Origin: an uncultured Roseivirgaceae bacterium | GTDB taxonomy: Bacteria > Bacteroidota > Bacteroidia > Cytophagales > Cyclobacteriaceae | NCBI GenBank assembly: GCA_964597075.1 | Contig: CAZQXC010000001.1 | Coordinates: 4,907-68,906, forward strand | Direction of reading: 5' to 3' | DNA: 64,000 nucleotides | Part shown: positions 37,471 through 45,733 of the stretch, one piece after another | How the letters are laid out: every line of letters starts with the position of its first letter | How positions within the stretch are numbered: the stretch's first letter is position 1 | The notes under the pieces: generated by a model | The model's database searches: none | Told to the model about the DNA's origin: nothing | The model's input: the letters and a program-made list of their open reading frames with translations, nothing else | Program-made: the position numbers and the translations under genes

Positions 37471-38688
37471 ATGAGTTCCGGAAATTTACCAGGCCTGATA
37501 ACTTCTGAACCTATTCAGCGTTTTATTGGCGAGCATGAGAAAGACGATGAGCGAAAATTAGTTCTTGCCCGCAAATCGGTGATGGGTGTGCCTGCGTCCG
37601 TTATTGCGGAACAAATACAAGGAAGAAGAAAGGCCCGGGAAAAACTTCTAACGTGGTATCAAACCGCTGGAATAGTTTATCCGCCAGCTATTAGCATGGA
37701 GCAATGTTCTTCTGAATACACAGCACGTTACAAAACAATTATCCTTCAAAAGGCGCTTGGCAATAGTCTTGCTTCCTGTGCCGATCTTACCGGTGGCTAT
37801 GGCGTTGACACTTTTTTCTTTAGCAGGATTTGTAACCGTGTTCACTATGTGGAGTCCGATCCGAATCTGGTGACGCTTGCTAAGCATAATCATGAAAAAC
37901 TTGGTTCAAAAAATATTTCTCACCACACCGCATTGGCCGAAATTTTTCTTGAGAGCTCTGTCGATAGATTTGATTTTATCTACATAGATCCTTCCAGACG
38001 AAATAAATCAAACAAAAAGGTTTTTACGTTTTCTGACTGCGAGCCCAATGTGACGTTGCTTATTGAAAAGTTGTTTGACAAAACTGATTGTCTGCTTATT
38101 AAAGCATCTCCGCTTATTGATCTGCTCCAGGGCCAACATAATCTTCGGCACGTGCAGGACATCTATGTTGTGTCTTTGAATAATGAATGTAAAGAGGTTT
38201 TGTTTTTATGTTCTGCTGAAACTATAAGTGAGCCAAGCATTCACACAGTTAATATACTGGAAAACACAAGCGATGTATTCTCCTTCACAAGAGCCGAAGA
38301 AAAAAATGCTGAGGCCCCATTGTCTGAACCTTCAATCTATATCTATGAGCCAAATGCCTCCATTCTTAAGGCAGGCGCCTTCAAATTGGTAGCAACACGG
38401 TTTGGTTTGAGTAAACTTCATAGAAACACCCACCTTTACACGAGCCCGGTATTAATACAGAATTTTCCGGGAAGGATCTTTAAAATCATTGCAATTGTAA
38501 AACCTGAACCCGTGCAGGTAAAAGCAATTTGCGTTGATGGTAAGGCTAACGTTATTACCCGGAACTATCCGCTCGCAGCAGCAGAACTTAAGAAAAAACT
38601 AAAATTAAAAGACGGTGGGGATAAATTCCTGATTGGATTTACAGCCAAAGAGAATAAGTACACCGTTGTGGCAGATCGGGTGAAATAA
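37471..38688 (+). CDS. Class I SAM-dependent methyltransferase (THUMP-like C-terminal region)
   Basis: DLTGGYGVDTFFF motif I-like segment; 405 aa. The family assignment is from memory only. Confidence 0.55.
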   Translation: MSSGNLPGLITSEPIQRFIGEHEKDDERKLVLARKSVMGVPASVIAEQIQGRRKAREKLLTWYQTAGIVYPPAISMEQCSSEYTARYKTIILQKALGNSLASCADLTGGYGVDTFFFSRICNRVHYVESDPNLVTLAKHNHEKLGSKNISHHTALAEIFLESSVDRFDFIYIDPSRRNKSNKKVFTFSDCEPNVTLLIEKLFDKTDCLLIKASPLIDLLQGQHNLRHVQDIYVVSLNNECKEVLFLCSAETISEPSIHTVNILENTSDVFSFTRAEEKNAEAPLSEPSIYIYEPNASILKAGAFKLVATRFGLSKLHRNTHLYTSPVLIQNFPGRIFKIIAIVKPEPVQVKAICVDGKANVITRNYPLAAAELKKKLKLKDGGDKFLIGFTAKENKYTVVADRVK

Positions 38689-38696
38689 TGAAGCCC

Positions 38697-38888
38697 CTAT
38701 TCAAGAAAAAGCAGCAAAAGGTAAATCACGTAACTGATCAGGGTTAGACTTCCGTATAGCCTAATGACTTTTCTGCGATTCTGTACATCTTCCCACCACA
38801 GAAGTAGCCAGGGCTTAAACAAACCGGCCACCATGAATAACAGTCCGGTCAAACTCAGTAGCAATAAAAAGAGTCGAACATTGTCCAT
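38697..38888 (-). CDS. Possible 63-aa two-TM small membrane protein
   Basis: Two hydrophobic stretches. Nothing else supports it. Confidence 0.35.
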   Translation of the reverse strand: MDNVRLFLLLLSLTGLLFMVAGLFKPWLLLWWEDVQNRRKVIRLYGSLTLISYVIYLLLLFLE

Positions 38889-38920
38889 TTACTAAAAGTA
38901 AGAAAATTAACATCGCTTTT

Positions 38921-41900
38921 TTGAAGGAAAGGGTCTTCAACAGTACATTTGCGCCTCGCTTTAAGAGGCACGATTTGAAGGCGAATGAATTTTTGGATCT
39001 GTACTGCGCGGATGGTCTGGTAAAAACCGTAGCCGCAGGAATAGCTGCGCCCAATCACCAACACCTTCGAATTAAGGGATTATCCGGCAGCCTGGATGCT
39101 GTATTGGTATCCTCATCTTTTACCCTTCACCCACAGAATTATCTCGTTGTTTTACAGGACCGGGAGGAGGCTGCCTATTTCCAAAACGACCTTCAAAATT
39201 TGTTGGGCTGTGAAATCCTGTTGTTTCCCATGTCATACAAACGTCCGTACGAGTTTGATGAGACGGAGAATGCTAATATTTTAATGCGAACCGAAGTGCT
39301 CAATGCACTGGCAGCCAAAACCACCCCGCAACTTATTGTTACCTATCCGGAGGCACTGTCAGAGAAGGTGATCAGCAAACGATCGCTTACATCGAACACA
39401 TTCTCCATAAATGCCGGTGAGCAACTCAATATTTCCTTTTTGGAAGAATTCATGCACAGCTACGATTTTGAAAAAACAGATTTTGTGTATGAGGCCGGAC
39501 AGTTTGCAGTTAGGGGTGGAATTATCGACATCTTTTCTTTCGCCCATGAACTTCCCTACCGGATTGAACTTTTTGGCGATGAAGTGGACAGCATTCGATC
39601 CTTTGATCCCGGATCACAACTTTCCGTTGAAACCGTTACATCCATAAATATCATCCCCGATGTTCAAACCCGACTAATGCACGAAGAGCGGCAATCGCTT
39701 TTTGAATTTGTGTCTCCGGAAACCCGGATATGGTTTAAGGACGTTCAGTTAACAGCTGATGTTATTCAGAAGTCGTTCGAAAAGGTGAGTGAGTCCTTTA
39801 ATCGGATTGTTAACTCGAGTAACACGCAGGTGGTATTAAGTCCCGAAAAACTTTTTGATGATCGAGTTACTTTTCTGCAATTAACTTCGAATTTCACACA
39901 AATTGAATTTGGTAATCGATTCTTGCTCAGTAATCCTATAACATATGAATGGCCTTCAGCTGCACAGCCATCATTTAATAAAGATTTTGAGCTGCTCGCC
40001 AACAACCTTGTTGAATATCAAACGCAAGGTTATATCAATTTAATTGCAGCTGATGTTCCAAAACAAATCGACCGCCTGCGCGGAATTTTTGAAGAGATTC
40101 ATCCTGAGCTACATTTTACAGGATTAGAGTTTTCACTTCGGCAGGGCTTTGTTGATCAAACATTAAAAGTTCTTTGTTACACCGATCACCAGATCTTTGA
40201 ACGCTTCCACCGCTACCGGGCGCGCGAAAAATTTTCGCGCTCTAAAGCACTTACGCTTCGTGAATTACAAACCCTGCAGCCCGGTGATTTTGTTACACAC
40301 ATTGATTATGGAATAGGAAAATTTGCCGGACTCGAAAAAAAAGAAGTTAATGGACATGAACAAGAGGCCATTCGCCTGGTCTATCGTGATGATGATATGT
40401 TATATGTAAGCATACATGCCCTTCACAAAATATCGAAGTACTCAGGTAAGGATGGCGCACCACCAAGTATCAGCAAGCTCGGATCCCAGGAGTGGGAAAC
40501 GAAGAAATCGAAAGCTAAAAAGCGCGTAAAAGACATTGCCAAAGAGCTTATTGAATTATACTCGAAGCGTAAAGGCGCACCGGGCTATGCCTTTTCGCCC
40601 GATAGTTACTTGCAGGCTGAGCTCGAGTCCTCTTTTCTTTATGACGACACCCCTGATCAGGCAAAAGCAACTGAAGATGTAAAACATGATATGGAACAGC
40701 CTCATCCCATGGACCGGTTGGTTTGTGGTGATGTTGGTTTTGGAAAAACTGAAGTGGCCGTACGTGCCGCGTTTAAAACAGCCACCGAAGGAAAGCAGGT
40801 TGCTGTGTTGGTGCCCACCACCATTTTAGCTATGCAACATTTCCGGACCTTTAAAGAGAGACTTGGTAACTTTCCCGTTGTTATTGAATACATCTCCAGG
40901 TTCCGGTCAGATAAGGAAATTAAAAAAATTGTTAAACAGGTTGCCGAAGGAACAGTAGATATTCTGATTGGCACGCACCGCATTGTTAGCAAAGATGTGC
41001 TCTTCAAGAATCTTGGCTTGTTGATCGTTGATGAAGAGCAAAAGTTTGGCGTTAAGGTGAAAGACCGTTTAAAAGAGATCAAACATAATGTAGATGTGCT
41101 CACCCTTACCGCCACACCTATTCCCCGTACTCTTCATTTTTCACTAATGGGTGCGCGCGATTTGAGCATTATTGCAACTCCTCCTCCCAACCGTCAACCC
41201 GTAACTACAGAGTTGCATGCCTTTAATGAAACCATAATTCGTGATGCGGTAAGCTTTGAGTTGCGAAGGGGTGGTCAGGTATTTTTTGTACACAACCGCG
41301 TAAATGACATTGAAGAGGTTGCTAACATCATTTATAAATTAGTACCCGATGCCCGTATCGGAATTGCTCATGGCCAAATGGATGGGGACAAGCTGGAGAA
41401 GGCAATGGTTAAGTTTATTGATAGAGAGTATGATGTGCTGGTGTCCACCAACATCATTGAATCTGGTCTAGACATCCCGAATGCAAACACTATCATAATT
41501 AATCAGGCACACATGTTTGGCTTATCCGATCTTCACCAAATGCGTGGTCGGGTGGGTAGGTCAAACAAAAAAGCATTTTGCTATTTATTAACCCCTCCGG
41601 CTTCGTTACTTACCGCTGATTCACGCAAGCGCCTTGCATCACTTGAAGAATTTTCTGATTTAGGGGATGGGTTTAAAGTGGCCATGCGTGATCTGGATAT
41701 TCGTGGTGCCGGAAATTTGTTGGGCGCAGAACAAAGCGGCTACATTAATGATCTGGGGTTTGAGACGTATCATAAAATACTGGATGATGCCATCCAGGAA
41801 TTGAAGGAAACGGATTTCAAAGAGTTGTTTGCCGGAGAGTTGGCCGAAAAAGCAAAACTCATTGTACAGGATTGTATTATTGAAACTGACCTTGAGATAC

Positions 41901-42349
41901 TCATTCCGGAAACCTATGTAAACAATACCAGTGAACGCCTCCAATTATATGCACGTCTCGATAACATTAAGAATGAAGAGCAACTGGAGAAATTTGCTAT
42001 TGAGCTACGCGATCGTTTCGGAGATTTGCCAGACGCTGTAGAGGAACTCGTGAATACTGTTCGTTTACGTTGGTTGGGTGAAAAAGTGGGTTTTGAAAAG
42101 TTAACCCTGAAGGGAGGTAAGCTCCGGGGGTATTTTGTTTCCAATAAAGAAGAGTACTTTGATTCGGCAATGTTCAGCCGGGTATTGAATTTTGTTCAGT
42201 CCCATTCGCGATCGTGCAAGCTTCGTGAGCAAACCGGCAAACCATTGTTGATTGTTGAACCAGTAGAACACGTAGATACAGCCATTGAATTATTTCATCA
42301 CATAATGGGCCTAGAGTATAAATCGGATAAGGAAATTCTTTCCAGATAG
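38921..42349 (+). CDS. mfd: Transcription-repair coupling factor
   Basis: Helicase motifs (GDVGFGKTEVA, VDEEQKFGV), a CarD-like segment and a TRG motif region. There is no in-frame ATG in the first ~100 codons, so the start is TTG at 38921 or TTG at 38975. Confidence 0.95.
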   Translation: MKERVFNSTFAPRFKRHDLKANEFLDLYCADGLVKTVAAGIAAPNHQHLRIKGLSGSLDAVLVSSSFTLHPQNYLVVLQDREEAAYFQNDLQNLLGCEILLFPMSYKRPYEFDETENANILMRTEVLNALAAKTTPQLIVTYPEALSEKVISKRSLTSNTFSINAGEQLNISFLEEFMHSYDFEKTDFVYEAGQFAVRGGIIDIFSFAHELPYRIELFGDEVDSIRSFDPGSQLSVETVTSINIIPDVQTRLMHEERQSLFEFVSPETRIWFKDVQLTADVIQKSFEKVSESFNRIVNSSNTQVVLSPEKLFDDRVTFLQLTSNFTQIEFGNRFLLSNPITYEWPSAAQPSFNKDFELLANNLVEYQTQGYINLIAADVPKQIDRLRGIFEEIHPELHFTGLEFSLRQGFVDQTLKVLCYTDHQIFERFHRYRAREKFSRSKALTLRELQTLQPGDFVTHIDYGIGKFAGLEKKEVNGHEQEAIRLVYRDDDMLYVSIHALHKISKYSGKDGAPPSISKLGSQEWETKKSKAKKRVKDIAKELIELYSKRKGAPGYAFSPDSYLQAELESSFLYDDTPDQAKATEDVKHDMEQPHPMDRLVCGDVGFGKTEVAVRAAFKTATEGKQVAVLVPTTILAMQHFRTFKERLGNFPVVIEYISRFRSDKEIKKIVKQVAEGTVDILIGTHRIVSKDVLFKNLGLLIVDEEQKFGVKVKDRLKEIKHNVDVLTLTATPIPRTLHFSLMGARDLSIIATPPPNRQPVTTELHAFNETIIRDAVSFELRRGGQVFFVHNRVNDIEEVANIIYKLVPDARIGIAHGQMDGDKLEKAMVKFIDREYDVLVSTNIIESGLDIPNANTIIINQAHMFGLSDLHQMRGRVGRSNKKAFCYLLTPPASLLTADSRKRLASLEEFSDLGDGFKVAMRDLDIRGAGNLLGAEQSGYINDLGFETYHKILDDAIQELKETDFKELFAGELAEKAKLIVQDCIIETDLEILIPETYVNNTSERLQLYARLDNIKNEEQLEKFAIELRDRFGDLPDAVEELVNTVRLRWLGEKVGFEKLTLKGGKLRGYFVSNKEEYFDSAMFSRVLNFVQSHSRSCKLREQTGKPLLIVEPVEHVDTAIELFHHIMGLEYKSDKEILSR

Positions 42350-42561
42350 GGCTCAAGACCCCGCATACTTTCAAACGCGTTTATCAGCAGCACCTTTTGA
42401 TACTTAGTGGAATAGTATACCTCTACATAGAATTCACCCGTATGGTATAAAAACACCTTGCAGTCCGCCAGCTGGCGGAACGTAAGATATTGACCATCGT
42501 ACGTAACAACATCACATTTTTTTTCAAACGGTAAAAACCTGAATTCCTGAATCGATAGCAT
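42298..42561 (-). CDS. Hypothetical 87-aa protein
   Basis: The ORF has an ATG start. Its 3' end overlaps the mfd 3' end by 52 nt in a convergent arrangement, and it has no recognisable motif. Confidence 0.35.
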   Translation of the reverse strand: MLSIQEFRFLPFEKKCDVVTYDGQYLTFRQLADCKVFLYHTGEFYVEVYYSTKYQKVLLINAFESMRGLEPYLERISLSDLYSRPIM

Positions 42562-42583
42562 GTTTTTGGTCTATATTACAAAC

Positions 42584-42650
42584 ACAGTCAAAAATTCATG
42601 CCATTTACCAAACCTTTATTTTTTGCTTTTCAACCTTACTTTTTGACTGT
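42584..42650. repeat. 11-bp perfect inverted repeat with 45-nt spacer
   Basis: ACAGTCAAAAA (42584..42594) pairs with TTTTTGACTGT (42640..42650). Both lie in the divergent intergenic region upstream of the GldJ-like gene. Confidence 0.8.
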
Positions 42651-42831
42651 TCATCGAGGCTGGGCTTCCTGTTTTGGGATGGGGTTATCTCAAAAACAAT
42701 ATGCGTGGCGAATAGACGTTTTTACTCACCGAATACCAATTGGATTAATGATTTATGAATAAAATAGTTTCTGCTTGGAAAACATGCGTTTATGTCCATA
42801 TATTAGCAGTTGCTTTAAAATCAACGTTACA

Positions 42832-44082
42832 ATGAACAACTATCTTAAGGCTCTTCTATTTTTAGCCATCAGTTCTGTAGTACTTTCTGCTTGTTCCCTC
42901 TTTGGCAGGGGCGGAGGAAAGCCCACCGCCCAAAACCCGGGACAGGTTAGTACCGCTACCGGGCTAGGCTTTAACAACGATGATGAGGGCGGATTTATGG
43001 TTAATGCCTATGAAGGCCAGCCTGATGCTCCAAACATGGTATTTATTGAAGGGGGTAGAACCGTAATGGGCTCATTTGAAGAGGATGTTATGTCTTTCCG
43101 CGACAATATCGAAAGAACGGTTTCGGTTGCTTCCTTTTATATGGATGAAACAGAAATTGCCAACATTCACTGGTTGGAGTACCTTCACTATCTGGCCCGT
43201 GATTCCTCTCAAGAGGTTTATCAGGCCTCCCTTCCAGACACTACTGTTTGGGTTGGAAAATTAGCTTTTAATGACCCCTATGTAGATCATTATTTACGCT
43301 ATCCTGGCTTTCGCTACTTCCCGGTAGTTGGAATCAGTTGGACTCAAGCTTCTAATTACACGGTATGGAGAACACGCGCTGTAAATATTCAATTAGCTGA
43401 AGATGCAGGCGCTGAATACGCGGAAACCGATGGCCGTATTCCTCTGGAATCGGGTATTGTAATTCCGGCTTACCGTTTGCCTACCGAAGCCGAGTGGGAA
43501 TATGCTGCTCAGGCCATGATTGGTACCCAGTGGCTGGAGGAAATGCAGACCCACCAACGGGTTTATCCTTGGGATGGCCATGCCCTTCGTAATCCTTATG
43601 GAAAGCAAATGGGCTTTATGTTGGCCAATTTTAAGCGTGGACGCGGTGATTATGCTGGTATTGCTGGTCGTTTAAATGACGGAGCGCTTATCACATCCTA
43701 TATCTATGAATTCCCTCCTAACGATTTCGGTTTATATAACATGGCTGGTAATGTGAGTGAGTGGGTACAGGATGTTTATCGTCCGCTTTCTTTTCAGGAT
43801 GTTGATGATCTTAACCCCATGAGACGCGATGGATTTCTGGATGATGCCGGAGGATATAATAACAGAATTATTAAAGATCCAACATCTGGTGAGTGGACAG
43901 AAAGAAATCCTGAAAGCTTTACATCATTAATTACAGATAAGGCCCGGGTTTACAAAGGTGGTAGCTGGAAGGATGTTGCATATTGGATGTCACCTGGTAC
44001 ACGCAGATACCTTGATCAGGATAGCGCGACAGCAACTATTGGTTTCCGTTGTGCCATGATCAGGGCGGGATCAAATTATTAG
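42832..44082 (+). CDS. FGE-sulfatase (SUMF1)-domain lipoprotein, GldJ/GldK family
   Basis: The start is re-picked to the ATG at 42832. It has a lipobox (VLSACS) and the motifs FYMDETEIAN, RLPTEAEWEYAA and YKGGSWKD. At 416 aa it is shorter than the GldJ length I recall from memory (~560 aa). Confidence 0.7.
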   Translation: MNNYLKALLFLAISSVVLSACSLFGRGGGKPTAQNPGQVSTATGLGFNNDDEGGFMVNAYEGQPDAPNMVFIEGGRTVMGSFEEDVMSFRDNIERTVSVASFYMDETEIANIHWLEYLHYLARDSSQEVYQASLPDTTVWVGKLAFNDPYVDHYLRYPGFRYFPVVGISWTQASNYTVWRTRAVNIQLAEDAGAEYAETDGRIPLESGIVIPAYRLPTEAEWEYAAQAMIGTQWLEEMQTHQRVYPWDGHALRNPYGKQMGFMLANFKRGRGDYAGIAGRLNDGALITSYIYEFPPNDFGLYNMAGNVSEWVQDVYRPLSFQDVDDLNPMRRDGFLDDAGGYNNRIIKDPTSGEWTERNPESFTSLITDKARVYKGGSWKDVAYWMSPGTRRYLDQDSATATIGFRCAMIRAGSNY

Positions 44083-44101
44083 TAATACACTGTCCTAATA
44101 C

Positions 44102-44134
44102 AAAAAAGCCCTCCTGATCAGGAGGGCTTTTTTT
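44102..44134. terminator. Bidirectional rho-independent terminator
   Basis: A-run, then the 20-nt perfect palindrome GCCCTCCTGATCAGGAGGGC, then a T-run. It sits between convergent genes. Confidence 0.75.
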
Positions 44135-44837
44135 ATTCTGCTGCATAAGCCATGCTGCCTATAGTTACTTCCTGACAGCCCGAATTGATCAACGCCAAGG
44201 CGCAAGCCTCAACCGTTGCACCGGTAGTAATCACATCGTCCACCAACAAAATTCTTTTTCCTGTAACAGCTTCTTTATCCTGTACCGTGAAGACTTCATT
44301 CACGTTCTCCCACCGCCTTAATTTTGATTTTTTGGTTTGTGTGTCCGTCATGATGAGTCGGTGTAACACTCCTGATGTCCAGGGTACTTGAAGTGTTTCT
44401 GAAAGCCCCTTGGCAAATTCTTCACTTTGATTATATCCCCTGCGCTTATGCTTCAGCGGGTGAAGCGGAACAGGTAAAATCATATCAAAATAGCTTGAAA
44501 AGCCACTTTTATAGAGTTCCTCACCGTAAACCCTGCCTATAACCTGGCCAATTTCACGATGGTTGTTGTACTTAAACTCATGCATGAGTTGTTGTACACT
44601 TCCACCCTTTTTGAACAGCAAAAAAGCAAAGGCTGTCTCAATAGGTATTCTGCCATACAGCCTTTTGTATAGTGGGTTCTCCTTGTAGAAATGATAGCCG
44701 GTTCGTGGTAGATTATGAATGCACCTTGTGCATAGTATTTCTTCGCCCTTTACCAGTCCGTCAGTGCAAGCAAAGCAATACCTTGGGTAAACAAGGCTTA
44801 CAAGGTCAAAAAATATTTCCGATACAGTCGATGACAA
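44133..44837 (-). CDS. ComF-family phosphoribosyltransferase-domain protein
   Basis: N-terminal Cys pairs (CFAC...CTRC) and a PRTase motif (ILLVDDVITTGAT). Confidence 0.8.
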   Translation of the reverse strand: MSSTVSEIFFDLVSLVYPRYCFACTDGLVKGEEILCTRCIHNLPRTGYHFYKENPLYKRLYGRIPIETAFAFLLFKKGGSVQQLMHEFKYNNHREIGQVIGRVYGEELYKSGFSSYFDMILPVPLHPLKHKRRGYNQSEEFAKGLSETLQVPWTSGVLHRLIMTDTQTKKSKLRRWENVNEVFTVQDKEAVTGKRILLVDDVITTGATVEACALALINSGCQEVTIGSMAYAAE

Positions 44838-44917
44838 GGAGTAGTATATTTACAGTTCTGTGTAAATCCTTTTGCGGATTTATCGCTATTGAAAATACGA
44901 AAAGTAAATTGTTACCC

Positions 44918-45259
44918 ATGGGATTAGTTCAGGATTTTAACAGCTACCGGAGCAAAATGAATGAAAAAATAATGGCCTCCGACAGTTTGATCATCAAACG
45001 AATATTCAATTTAGACACCAATGCCTATGCCGAAGGCCATCTAGACCTAAGAAGCAAGGAGCTTATTGGGCTTACGTGTTCCCTGGTGCTGCGCTGCGAT
45101 GATTGTGTGAAGTACCATTTGGGAAAATGCAAAGAGGTTGGCCTTACAACCAATGAAGTCAATGAAGCTATGGGAGTGGCTACGCTGGTTGGGGGTACCA
45201 TAGTAATCCCTCATTTAAGAAGAGCTTTTGAATACTGGGAAGAATTGAATCATGTTTAA
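44918..45259 (+). CDS. Carboxymuconolactone decarboxylase (AhpD-like) family protein
   Basis: The start is re-picked to the ATG at 44918. The motif is a CxxC-type CDDCVKYH. Confidence 0.8.
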   Translation: MGLVQDFNSYRSKMNEKIMASDSLIIKRIFNLDTNAYAEGHLDLRSKELIGLTCSLVLRCDDCVKYHLGKCKEVGLTTNEVNEAMGVATLVGGTIVIPHLRRAFEYWEELNHV

Positions 45260-45626
45260 ACGTGATCTTGAAATAGAGAGAAGCTGGCATGTATTGCTGA
45301 AGCATATTGAGGGATCACTCGGGAAAAAACCTAAAGACCTAAACGGAGTTCTTTTCCTGATTGGGGTTCATGAGCTCGGGCAGGGGTATCGGTTATTTTC
45401 AAAGGAGGAAAAACAGGATTTGCTGCACATCGCTATCTGCAAAGTGCTTAGCCTGGCAGGCTTCTATGAGCTTGACGGGCTTGATCAGGAAGGGTGGCCC
45501 CATTGGAAAATGGTTAAAAAGCTGCCCCACTTTGATTTGCTGGAGCAGGAGAAGCTATTAAAAATGCACGTACTCGAATATTTCGAAACCGAGCACAACT
45601 GGAAATTACGACCGGAGGCAACTTAA
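45252..45626 (+). CDS. Hypothetical protein (124 aa)
   Basis: It overlaps the upstream gene by 8 nt, which suggests coupling. I recognise no motif. Confidence 0.45.
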   Translation: MFKRDLEIERSWHVLLKHIEGSLGKKPKDLNGVLFLIGVHELGQGYRLFSKEEKQDLLHIAICKVLSLAGFYELDGLDQEGWPHWKMVKKLPHFDLLEQEKLLKMHVLEYFETEHNWKLRPEAT

Positions 45627-45733
45627 GCCTTCACACTTTGGCATTGTTTGCTTCAGCATAAGCCATTATCTTTATCAATTACGCAAACTTTAGGGTTAGC
45701 TGATCCGTTTTCATTTGTATAAAATAGTGGGTA

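Noticed and set aside
44672-44917. The ORF track gives N-terminal extensions for the AhpD-like gene (44672 start, overlapping comF on the other strand) and for the lipoprotein at 8461.
   Set aside because: Internal ATGs at 44918 and 8557 give products that begin exactly at the conserved domain or signal peptide and remove the overlaps with well-supported neighbours.
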